Below, in pieces: positions 41,445 through 64,000 of a stretch of DNA of 64,000 nucleotides. A program made the position numbers and the translations under genes. Origin of the DNA: Chrysomallon squamiferum (taxonomy: Eukaryota > Animalia > Mollusca); assembly GCA_012295275.1 (NCBI GenBank), contig CM022668.1, positions 10,478,001 through 10,542,000 of the forward strand. Reading direction: 5' to 3'. Positions within the stretch are counted from its first letter, which is position 1, and each line of letters opens with the position of its first letter. The notes under the pieces are model-generated. The model searched no databases. It saw nothing but the letters and a program-made list of their open reading frames with translations, and had not been told where the DNA came from.

Positions 41445-41770
41445 TTAAATGTATCCTTGTTTCAACGTATTAGATTGTAAAATATATTTAAAACTATCCT
41501 TGTTTCGATATATTAGATTGTAAAATATATGTCCTTGTTTCAATGTTCTAAACCAACATATATATGTTTGGATACATCCTTGTTTCACTCTTAAACTGCA
41601 AAATATGTTTGAAAATATCCTTGTTTAATCTCAAACTCTAAAATATATGTCTGAAAACATCCTTATTTCATTCTTAAACTGTAAAATGTATGCTAGAAAA
41701 TATCCTTTTTTCAACACCTTAGTCTAAGAAATATATGTTTGAAGATAGCATTCTTCCACTATCTTAAACT
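41445..41770. repeat. Degenerate ~40-45 bp minisatellite (same family as 59250-59785, opposite orientation)
   Basis: Recurrent atccttgtttc...aaactgtaaaatatatgtttgaaaat. aaatatatgtttgaagatagcattcttccactatct (~41729) matches the reverse complement of agatagtggaagaatgctattttcaaacatatattt (~59634). Confidence 0.75.
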
Positions 41771-41796
41771 GAGATGGATCTAACAGTTTTACTTAC

Positions 41797-41940
41797 TAAT
41801 CGTACAAGCGTCTCCTTGCCAACCAGTCTGACATTGACCGCTACACGACCCTGTCACGTGATCACATGGAGCATGCTCATCTTTACACTTCCTGTCTTTA
41901 CAGGAAAATCTACAGTTTGATTCATAGGTGCCTGAACATT
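41797..41940 (-). pseudogene. Orphan EGF-like exon, inverted duplicate of + strand exon 50524-50667
   Basis: 144 nt with ag/gtaagt boundaries; encodes ECSGTYESNCRFSCKDRKCKDEHAPCDHVTGSCSGQCQTGWQGDACTI. The downstream intron (40766-41275, 41760-41796) is the reverse complement of 50668-51210. No TM exon seen after it. Confidence 0.8.
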
Positions 41941-42329
41941 CTATTTTATGTTTAAAAAATCAATTAATTAATAAAAGTAATTCAAGAAAAATAAAAAAAT
42001 AAAGAGAGAGAGAGAGAGAGACGGTGAGGCAATAAAAAAAAATCATTTTATCTTTAGGTGGGTGTTTATAAATCGACTGTTAAATATTTACAAGAACAGA
42101 CTGAACATTGTTACAAGAACAGCTCAGTTGAATCAAATGTTATAACAACATAGTATTTAAAAACACCAGTAACATGAGAATAACGTAACATTTAAATAAA
42201 CAAATAACACATGTAAATCTATAAATAAAACTAAAATAAGGGAAAGGAATTAAATACCCCCAAAACTCGATATTAACGTAACATTTAAACACAAAATTAA
42301 CACGAGAATAATATAATATTAAATACAGA

Positions 42330-42934
42330 TTACATCTTTTTTGTACAAAGGTAAAAGAAAGAATACTTAATCTGATTACACATATGAATGTAAACTACGC
42401 ACACATTTTGACACGAAAACTGGACTTCACAGTCAAACACACTAAAATGCATATAAATTCGCATTAACACTGAAAATTGTATTGCTGTTATCTTTTCATA
42501 CGTAGTACGTGAATTCCCGTTCCAGTTGAGGTTTTCGTACTCGTTCATTTCAATATTTTGACTACTATTAACGTAGTCATTTCTAGCAGTGTTTCTCTCC
42601 GACTGATCACGTGACAATGTGTGAATTAAGATAACTTGGGATCGTAAGCGTAACCGGTGTAACCACCAGGTTCAGTCAGAGTTTCCTCGTTTCTTTCTTC
42701 AGAGTCATCATGTTGTTCTTCTTGGTGTTCTGAGTTTTGATGAGTTCTGTCATGGTTTTCATTACACTTTATCGTCACGTCATTCATACACCTGGTAAAC
42801 AAACAAAAACAGCAAATGAAACCCACATACATCTATTCGTTGAATCTTTTGTTTTCCTTCTATTTTATACCCCTTAATTTTGGGTGTTTATATTTGCATG
42901 CTTCTGTGCATGTCTCTCTGTGTGTATAGATAGG

Positions 42935-42991
<57 letters not shown>

Positions 42992-43371
42992 GGATGGATG
43001 GATGGATGGATGGATGGATGGATGGATGGATAAATAGATAGAGATATCCAGAGAGAGAGAGATAAATAGATAGATAGGTGGTTAGATAGATTATGTATGT
43101 GTGTGTGTTTGTTAGTTTGTGTGTGTATGAGTTCACTGAATATTTGTTCCAGTTTTTGTCTCTTATTTCTGTGTACGTTATATCAAAGTATTTAAGTGTT
43201 TATATGTTGTGTTTCTATGTATGTTTATTACATTGGTATACGAATGAGTGCGGATGTATGTTAATTTTAGTAATGTGTGTCTGTATTCACACACACAGAG
43301 ATACACATATATGCATGTATGAATGTGTATGTATGTATGTTCGAATGTATGAATGTATGTGCGTATTTCAT

Positions 43372-43417
<46 letters not shown>

Positions 43418-43984
43418 CCATATTAAAGTTACATGTACATATCTATATATGTATGCCTGTAGGTTTGAATATATTGTATATATGTTTTTATTTGTTGAAT
43501 CTTTTCTTCTTTTCCCTTTATTTATGGTATATCTACATGTGTATATATGCATGCATGTACGTTTATGTGTCTGTATCTGTATGTGTGCGTATGTGTATAT
43601 GTATATATCTGTGTGTGAGAAAGAGATAATAATTCCTACCAAAAAGTGACTGAGGCGAAGATGACAGCTGATAAAACGGGTACAACAGGAAAGACGATGA
43701 TAATCACATCTTTACTGCCTGCTGGTGAAGTAACTTCTATGTGAAACAGAATAAAATATAAAAATGAATTAAGAAAGGACAGGGAAGAAAGAACGCAAAG
43801 AGAAAACCAGTATATTCTTTGTTTTGTGTATTATTTTAAATAAGATGTAAAGAAAAACCAGTATAAAAGTGTACATGTGTCTGAGTGTCTGTGTGTAAGT
43901 ACGTCCACATGTATGTGCAACTATTTGTTCAGATGAACCTACATTCAGTTACAGGTAATGCTGTTAAGTTATCTTTTTTATCTG

Positions 43985-44031
<47 letters not shown>

Positions 44032-46671
44032 TTATATATTTATTTATGAACTGGTGATAATGAATTAAGTCATAATTTGAATCATAGCGATAGTTATCTA
44101 TCTTGAAACTTATTGTAAGATTCAAAATACATTGCTAAACTAACTCTAATGAGAAAAACAGATCTGGAACCAAACTTTGATGAAAGAAAAAAATACCACG
44201 CGTAAAATAAATACTAGTAAATAAATTTTTAAAAAGTTTAAAAAAATTTAAAAAAATAAATAATAAACACATAAATAAATATATGAAAAGTAAATAAACT
44301 CATTTTGAAGTATGTTTGATAACAGATAAAATAACGAGGCATGAGGTATTAAGTAATCCAAACCTTGTCGTGTATTTTAGTACATCTAAATGTGGCTGTA
44401 AATATTGTGTATGTTACATTAACACTTCTCATCTTCCGCACAAACATTTCATGCAGTGCATTAATATGTTTAAATTTGGCTACAAATGTTGTATTCAACA
44501 TCTTAACATATGTAAGCTTCAGTACAAACTGCAGTACATTAATATATTTAAAGCTGGCTATAAATATTGTATGAAACTGACATACGTATATATAGATATT
44601 TCAGTACAAACCTTGCGTGCAGGTTTCACCTTCCCAGCCTGACAAAATCCACCAACACAGAGTCCACTTTCATGATGACAGTTTTCAGAACAGAGGCAAT
44701 GTCTGTCTTCACATTTCTTTAAACAGTTTTCTCCATAAGTATCGTTACTACACTCTGAAAAATAACAGTTTTAACTTTAGCATTGGTACAAACTCACTGA
44801 TATTCTATGGAAGAAAAGGTGTTAAAATTTGTTAAAGTGTATCAGGTTACATATTTTTACAGGGTTAGACACATAACGAAATTAAAAAGTTTAATAAAAT
44901 GAATGCCACTGTAAAAGAAAAATGTAACAGCAAAATATAATGAATTACGTCGCTATTAACAGTGACAGCTACATAAGAAAGCTGATAATAACAGTAGCAG
45001 CTCTGGTACTTGTAAAGAGTAATGGTAATGTTGTTTCTGGGACTAGCAGTAGCTGCTGCATTAGTAAAGGTTTTTGTTGTAGTGGTTGTAGTGGTGGTAC
45101 TATATATGTTGAATGTATTGCGTGCGTGTTAAGAAAATCTTTAATTCTGTTAAGAAGAGAAAAGTAACAGCTCATCATAATTTTATGTTTGTTTGTTTGT
45201 TTTACTTTCTCTGCATGAGTCACTTCTCCAGCCAGATAAACATTCTCCTTCGCAGGATCCTGTCATGTGATCACAAGGTGCTTTTGTATTTTTACACTTT
45301 CTGCTGCTGCAGTTGTAAGCACAGTTTGGTCCAAACATCCCATCACAACCTGAAGTAAATTTATTTATTTATTGTACGTTAGTTCTTTAGTTTCAAATTA
45401 CATTATTAATATAACCAAGAGTGTCCACTTGCTTTGAATTGTTTTAAATTATACCCTGACTTTCACAACACGTACAAACGTAATTACATTTCTACCCACC
45501 TTTCTACCCATCTGGCCATCCACCCGTATTCCTACCGACTTAATTAGGAGCCACATATATACATTAAAAACAAATAAACAAGGATACACATACAGAGATC
45601 TTATATGCAAACATACATAAATACACATACATATACCGATATATGCATACAAAAAACTTCATTATATACATAATTTTCCTGAGAACTTAGTCTAACAAGA
45701 ATGTAATTTATACAGATGTGTTGTTATTAATCAGTAACTGATATTAATTCACCAGTCCTGTAATAAGAGAATAGTTAAAACATGACTCACTTTCATTACA
45801 GCTTGGGTTTTTCCATCCTGGTTGACAACCATTTTGACATTTCACATTCTGAGCATCACACTTAGAGTTGTTATCTGTGCAATGTCTTTCACTACACTTG
45901 TACTCACAGTTAGGTCTATACGTGTCATGTCTGCATTCTGCATAGAAAAAGGAATTGTTTAAAATAATTGTTATTGTTATTGATGTGTTGATGTACTAGT
46001 ATTGTATCTCAACATGTGCTAGCCTGTTGTTGTTTTTTTGATTGTCTATCTGTTTACATCTCTACCTACCTACTTACCTATATGTTTGTGTCTGTCTGTC
46101 AGTCTGTCTTCGCAGGTTTGTCCTCATCAGAGGTCCAAATAATAAAATGTTTTTGAAAATATTTACAGTTTTTGTTCTCATCCACCACTCACAATAAACA
46201 TAAATCGTTGCGGCCAGGCGTTGCTATAGCAACCACCCAGGCTTTCTCCAACAAAACAATTTTAAACATATCGAGATCACTGGTGGATGTAAATAAGACA
46301 AAATTCTCACGTCACCAAACTCATATGAAACATATTTTAATATCTCACAAAATGTTGCATTTGAAACCCAAATAGAGTTCCGATTTTCGACCTCAAACAT
46401 TTATTACTGCTACTACAACTATTGTCATTATCATCATTACAATGAGTAGCGTTATCATTATTATTATTTTTACCATTATTATTTAGTACCAAATATTAAA
46501 TAAACTTTGTTTTGATTTAAAACAAAGCTGTACCATTTGTACACTTTGGTCCTGACCATCCTTTATTCCACTTTGTGTTAGAGCATTCTGTGACGTCATC
46601 ACATCCAGAATTACAGTGACAGACATACTTACAGTCTAAACCATACTTACCCGCTGTACAGCCAGCTGAAA
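42330..46671 (-). pseudogene. MEGF10/SCARF-like multi-EGF single-pass receptor with Tyr-motif (ITAM-like) tail; frameshifted, 5' end missing
   Basis: Exons: 46671-46534 (VSAGCTAGKYGLDCKYVCHC...), 45937-45791 (ECRHDTYRPNCEYKCSERHC...), 45349-45206 (CDGMFGPNCAYNCSSRKC...), 44754-44612 (143 nt, one base short, frameshift at GGC/LSGWEG), TM exon 43736-43640 (DVIIIVFPVVPVLSAVIFASVTFW), last exon from 42791 (acidic tail, frameshift near GGYTG, then DYVN, EYENL, TYEKI). All have canonical ag/gt boundaries with compatible phases. Confidence 0.75.
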
Positions 46672-46715
46672 CTGAAATTAAAATATTTAAAACATTAGAT
46701 GTGTCTTAGTTATAC

Positions 46716-46931
<216 letters not shown>

Positions 46932-46997
46932 ACTCTCTCTCTCTCGTCTCTCCGTATCTACCTCTTTCTCTCTGTATGTGTATGTGCCTGTGTCTGT

Positions 46998-47043
<46 letters not shown>

Positions 47044-47095
47044 ACAACAACATCAACTCAACAGTATCATCAACATTCAGAAAAATCACAATTAC

Positions 47096-47147
<52 letters not shown>

Positions 47148-47510
47148 GAAATAAAGAAGAACAGCTAGAACATGATCTGAAAGCTTCAAAATAACTTAAC
47201 TGTTATAAAGCTTATTTTTATTAAAGTCAACAAAATACAGAATACGTCATATTTCTCTGTTCTAATTTGTTTTTAATTGATTCTCTCTTTTTTTCCTTTG
47301 TTTGTTTGACTTGTATTTGTACATATGTATGTCTTTCTTTTACTGTATCATTCAAAAGAAAGGGGAAAAAAAAAAATTACGAGAAGGAAATAAAAGGCAG
47401 AATGAAAACATGATGTGGTAAAGCCTAAGATATATAAATTTTTTTTATTTTTTTTTTTTTAATTATGGTTTTAATATTTATTTTAATCCTTTTACAAATG
47501 TGTTTTTCAG

Positions 47511-58732
<11,222 letters not shown>

Positions 58733-58832
58733 GTATGTACAATGTTTATATTTATTAACAAAGTTATTTATTTTGTTAAACTAAACTACATGATTTGCTT
58801 ATGTTTCTCTTACTTTTATCTTCGTACACATA

Positions 58833-58934
<102 letters not shown>

Positions 58935-59249
58935 AGCCCTCACTGTTTCTTTCTTTCTGTCTTTTTTCTGTGTTTCTTTCTCTTTTTCTCTTTCTTGCTT
59001 CTTTCTTCTGTCTCTCTCTCTTTGTCTAGTTTTAGAATCAAGAATATCTTGATAGTTTTATATTTTCTGTTTTCTAAACTAAAGAAATATTTTTACGTTC
59101 TTTCATATATTTCGTTTAATCGTCTAAGATTTTATCCTTTGTTTATAACAAAGAAAAGTGAAACAGTAACATTTTCTGGAGTCTATGACAGTCACTGATA
59201 TTTGTTTTGGAAATATTTTGACAATCTAACAGATAATTTATTACAAGAT

Positions 59250-59785
59250 ATTGAAAAACACTCAATGATATCGAAAGTTTTGTAAGAGACTAAAACAAAG
59301 ATGAATTTCAGTATGTATTATATTTTATAGCTAAAGATGAAGATATTTTGTTTAGACATATTTTCCAGAAGATTAAAAATATATTGAAAACAAAATTCTT
59401 AATTATATTTTATTCTGTAGTGTAAAATATCAAAACAATTAAATGTTCAAACATATATTTCTCAGTTTAAAATATTGAAACAACTATGCTTTCAAAGATC
59501 TAGTTTTCAGTCTACTATACTAATAAAAAGATATTTTCAAACACATATTTCTTAGGCTAAGATATTGGAAAAAAGATACTTTCAAACATAGATTTTACAG
59601 TTTAAGAGTGAAACAAAGATACTCTACAATTTTAGATAGTGGAAGAATGCTATTTTCAAACATATATTTTACAAAGAAGGTTATATCTAAACATATATCT
59701 GTCAGTTTAAGAAGTGGAAACAAGAATAGTTTTAAATATATATTATGCAATTTAATTTACTGAAACAAAGATATATTTAAGCATA
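59250..59785. repeat. Degenerate ~40-45 bp minisatellite abutting the gap
   Basis: Recurrent atattttcaaacatatatttt.cagtttaa.atattgaaa.caa units. Confidence 0.75.
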
Positions 59786-59985
59786 NNNNNNNNNNNNNNN
59801 NNNNNNNNNNNNNNNNNNNNNNNNNNNNNNNNNNNNNNNNNNNNNNNNNNNNNNNNNNNNNNNNNNNNNNNNNNNNNNNNNNNNNNNNNNNNNNNNNNNN
59901 NNNNNNNNNNNNNNNNNNNNNNNNNNNNNNNNNNNNNNNNNNNNNNNNNNNNNNNNNNNNNNNNNNNNNNNNNNNNNNNNNNNNN
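59786..59985. other. Assembly gap (200 N)
   Basis: Run of 200 N; cuts a - strand exon at ...MDFCEV. Confidence 1.
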
Positions 59986-60608
59986 TCAACTTCACAGAAA
60001 TCCATCGCTGTTCCAGCGTTATGAAATCTAGGATCATAAACATCATTGTTTGTTCCCTGATACAGTGTGATGTACTGAGCCGTGTTGTTACATGTTACAC
60101 GTGTTACATCCGGGCTGTTTATTGTTGTTACACCACACAGGTGACTGGTGTTAGTCTGGTTCATCTTCAAAGAACTGTAGATGTGAACACCATTTCTACG
60201 ACAAGTGTCTGTAAGTAAATGAAAAAATCACCTAAACATTTGTTCATTTGTTTGATTCTAAAAAAAAAAAACTACATATGGCATTTGTTTGGAATATAAA
60301 TGAGAATATAATTATTGTTATTATTGTTAGTATTGAATCTGATAATTAAACCATCACAACATTAAAAGAAAAATACGATTATTAGCGAACATTTACTCAT
60401 TTCTTTCGCTCTTACAACTAAATTAATACTTTTAAATGAAAAAGTGTAGTAAAGTACTTTACATAGGAATTAGGTAGTAAATATTTTAAAAGCTGCTAAA
60501 TTTATTTAATATTGTGTTTATATTATTAATGAATTCTAAAATAAATTAATTTCTCAGTAATAAATTCTTACAATATTAGTTATTAAATTAACAACAAGCT
60601 AAAAATTT

Positions 60609-60705
<97 letters not shown>

Positions 60706-62178
60706 TTTTTCTCTCTCTTTGTCCAGATTCTTTTGTTGGATTTTGGTTTTTTTTTTTACTTTGCATATTGTTATTTTTTTTGATTTTGTTTACTTTTTTT
60801 TTTTTTAATTTCATATATGTAATTTTTATACTTTTTTAAATCTTTGTAGTTTTCTCCTAAAAAGTGTAAAATAATGATACACGATGATGATTTGATTTAT
60901 TGAGATTATCTGATTTAAAAATTATTACATTACAATTATTTACTCTGTTCTGAAGTGGATGTCAAGTTGATGTATGTAATATATAATTGTTTTTTCCCAG
61001 ATCCACTTCCCACCACGAGAATGGATCACGTACAGGTGTAAGTATACACAAAGCTGCATAGAATCCTTCTTTGTAATTCCCATCTACAGCTAGATAGGAT
61101 TTTTAGACTTTCCTGTCTGATATGTAGTTTTGTTTAAAGCTACGTTTTCTGAAATAAAATTTTATAAATTAAAAGTTTAAATTTTATACGTGTAACAACG
61201 TCTGTTTCAAATATTTTCATTAATTTTCACTTATATTTTTAGATTACAGGTTACATGTCACCTTATATTTTATTAATAATTATTATTACTACTACTACTA
61301 CTACTACTATACTATTACTACTAGAATACTATTACTACTACTACTAAAGTTTTAATATTATTATTATTAAATATTTATTCGAACTCCAAAATCCGGAACG
61401 TTCAGAAGGCCAGAATACTTATATATGTGTGTGTATATGTTGTGTGTGTGTGATGTGTGTGTGTGTGTGTATCATGTGCAGACATGTACTGGATACCTAT
61501 TTAATTGTTTGTTTTCATTTAATTTTCATCCTATTTGTGTTTTGTGAAAATTGTTTTGTGTTTGTTTTTTTCTGTGTGTATGTTTTGTGTGTGTCATGTT
61601 CTTTGTTTTCTTCATTTAATTTGCTTGTATTTATATATCTAGCAAATCCAGAAAGGTGGATTTAAAAATTTGCCTGTTTAGTTAAATGGTTCGGTACCTG
61701 TATTACAATTAAATACTGTTTCTTTCATCTTCTTTTTTTATTTTTTTTTCATCATCATTATTTTATTATTTTTATTTTATCATTTTCATCATTATTTATT
61801 ATTTCAAAATTATTAGCATTGTCAAAATAATAATTATTATTTTATTTGTGTTGCTGTCGTTGTTTTTCCAATCAGAGAAAATATCTTTTAAATTTTATTT
61901 ATATATGAAGTAATAAAGTGTTTATTTTATGTTTTGAAGATGTGTTCACATATTCAAAATATTTTCTTTCTGTAATTTTATATACAACACAATAATATTC
62001 AGTTTGTAAAGAGTTAAAACACAGCATTTACCAATTGTACACTTTGGTCCTGACCATCCTTTATTGCAGTTTGGTGACCATAGAACAGAACATCCTGTGA
62101 CGTCATCACATCCAGAATTACAGTGACAGACGTACTTACAGTCTAAACCATACTGACCCGCTGTACAGCCAGCTGAAA
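59986..62178 (-). pseudogene. 5' part of a paralogous receptor: EGF exon plus two exons of an F-type-lectin/galactose-binding-like domain; frameshifted as assembled
   Basis: 62178-62032: VSAGCTAGQYGLDCKYVCHCNSGCDDVTGCSVLWSPNCNKGWSGPKCTI. 61148-~60944: ENVALNKTTYQT..., SYLAVDGN...C.LT...FSWWEVDLG, YIHQLDIHFRTE, needing two frameshifts in A-runs. 60208-59986: TCRRNGVHIYSS...HLCG...VTCNNTAQYITLYQ...AMDFCEV. Confidence 0.8.
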
Positions 62179-62227
62179 CTGAAATTAAAATATTTAAACA
62201 GATATTATTACTCTCTCTCTCTCTCTC

Positions 62228-62345
<118 letters not shown>

Positions 62346-62468
62346 AGATTCTCTCTCTTTCTGTACACACAAACACCCAAAATCTGGTGGGTGGATACTG
62401 TGTGTGTGTTAATGTAGTGTGCGTGTATCTGTATATATAATACACACACACAGACATAAATACATACA

Positions 62469-62500
<32 letters not shown>

Positions 62501-64000
62501 CATACATACATATATGTCCTTATATTTGGAAACGTGTGTGTCTATATAAGTATGACAGTCTACAGTTTGTTTCACAGTGTTTAATATCAGACGTTTTTAA
62601 ACTAGTGACTGCAAATCACTATATTCCTTTTAAGACACTTTACAAACTCTTAGATATATTTAATTATGCTGAGTCTTTGTTCAGGTTACCTTTTGAAACG
62701 ACTACGACACTGCGACATTTTATCTTTTTAAAAAACGTGTATTTATGTTACGTGGAGCGTGCACACAAGAAATGGCTATAGAAAGCTACAGATGCGCAGG
62801 AGCTGCTTTCTCAAATAGAGACTATATTCGAGTTCAAAGTGTGACACGGTGATGTTAACCTGTAGAAATTAGACTCGTTTAAACATTTACTGTTTGCTGT
62901 TGCGTGACTCGCTCGTCAGGGATGTATCTGGGGTGTGCTCTCTCTAAGTACGGGTTTGAATAACATGTAAATCATCTTGTTTTCGTGTTTCTATGTTTAT
63001 GTATGTGAATGTGTACGTACTTGTATGTTTTCTGTATGTATCTATGTCTATGTATTTCTGTTTGTGTGCGTTTATGTCTATTTTTGTGTTTGTTTATATT
63101 TATATGTTATTCTATGTCTCACTTTGTGTTATAGTTATGAGTGTGTATATGTGTGCGTGTGTGCGTGTGTGTATTTTTGTCAGTACGTGTTTGTCAGTGG
63201 TCTCTACGTTTATAAGTAATTTGTATGAGTGCGATTTTTCAGTGTTATAATTATCATCAGTTCACTGAAAACAACTCGAATTTTTTCTCTGGATACTTTG
63301 CAGTAAATAATAACTTAAACTATTTCTTAAACACGTGTTATTTTATATTCTCAGCAAACTGTTCGTTATCAAATACCATCATCCTAGTTGTTTATGTTTC
63401 AGTATGCAGTGTTCGGTTTACAAAATAAAACTTAGTGATGCTCTGCTACGAAAAGATCTCTGTTTGTGTTAAGTGATGTGTACACACACAGTTTTACGTT
63501 ACTCGTAAAGTCTAAACAAGACAGTGTAAAAAAATGTACATACGACTGTGCGCTTCTGCTATTTTGTGTATACAATTCATCTACATGATTTACAGATGTA
63601 CATATATTCAGACTGATATACAGAGTCATAGATATATATAGATATATATAAGGAATAGTAAAAGTACTAATAGTGGCAGTAATAGTAATTGTAGTGGCGA
63701 CAGTAAAAGTAATAACTAGAGAAGTAGTAGTTTTAGTTTCATAATAATTCGCCTCTATTAATAATACTAGTTAAAGTAGTAGTAGTAAATAGCAGTACTG
63801 GTAGTAGAAGTAGTAGTAGTAGTTGTTGTAATGGCAATAGTACTAATAACAGAGTTATAGTAGTCTTAGATGTAACAGTAGGATATCATTAGTACTAGTA
63901 ACAATAGTAGTACTTGTAGAAACAATAGCAGAAGTTGTAGTAGCAGCAATAAAAACGGTAGTAATATTAATATTAGTCGTAACAGTAATACTAAAAGTAC

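Noticed and set aside
44969-45130. Thr-rich stretch on the - strand as a possible mucin-like stalk exon
   Set aside because: No convincing in-phase donor; looks like decayed (ACT/ACC)n intronic repeat.
62690-62720. - strand ATGTCGCAG...AAAAG|gtaacc as first exon of the lectin-bearing gene
   Set aside because: Encodes MSQCRSRFK (not a signal peptide) and ends in phase 2, whereas the next exon needs phase 1.

Overview
AT-rich, microsatellite-rich, intron-containing animal DNA with two 200-N scaffold gaps (33379-33578, 59786-59985). The gene content suggests a mollusc, possibly a gastropod (inference). Left half (1-33378): three interrelated kb-scale tandem-repeat families (~2.0-2.3 kb family A, ~1.39 kb x8 family B, ~1.72 kb x4 family C). 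A 3.45-kb, internally deleted AcademX-type DNA transposon (TAG...CTA ends, TCA target-site duplication, XPG/FEN1-like nuclease remnant) sits in a family A unit. Every family B unit carries a splice-flanked 126-nt + 33-nt phase-1 exon-like pair, and every family C unit carries a ~75-nt hairpin. Right half (40.7-62.2 kb): a rearranged cluster of paralogous multi-EGF single-pass receptors. (i) A + strand receptor protein tyrosine phosphatase gene: 7 EGF exons, TM, Tyr-rich juxtamembrane region, catalytically intact-looking PTP D1, start of a degenerate D2; both ends missing. (ii) A head-to-head - strand paralog with EGF exons, TM and a PTP-less tail carrying an ITAM-like motif, broken by frameshifts. 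(iii) An orphan inverted copy of one EGF exon plus its intron. (iv) A - strand 5' fragment (EGF + F-type-lectin-like domain) running into the right gap. The most interesting hypothesis is an invertebrate paired-receptor (phosphatase versus ITAM-like) immune-type cluster undergoing birth-and-death evolution. Most ORFs in the supplied track are microsatellite artefacts. All exon models were read by eye from splice sites and motifs, not from transcripts.
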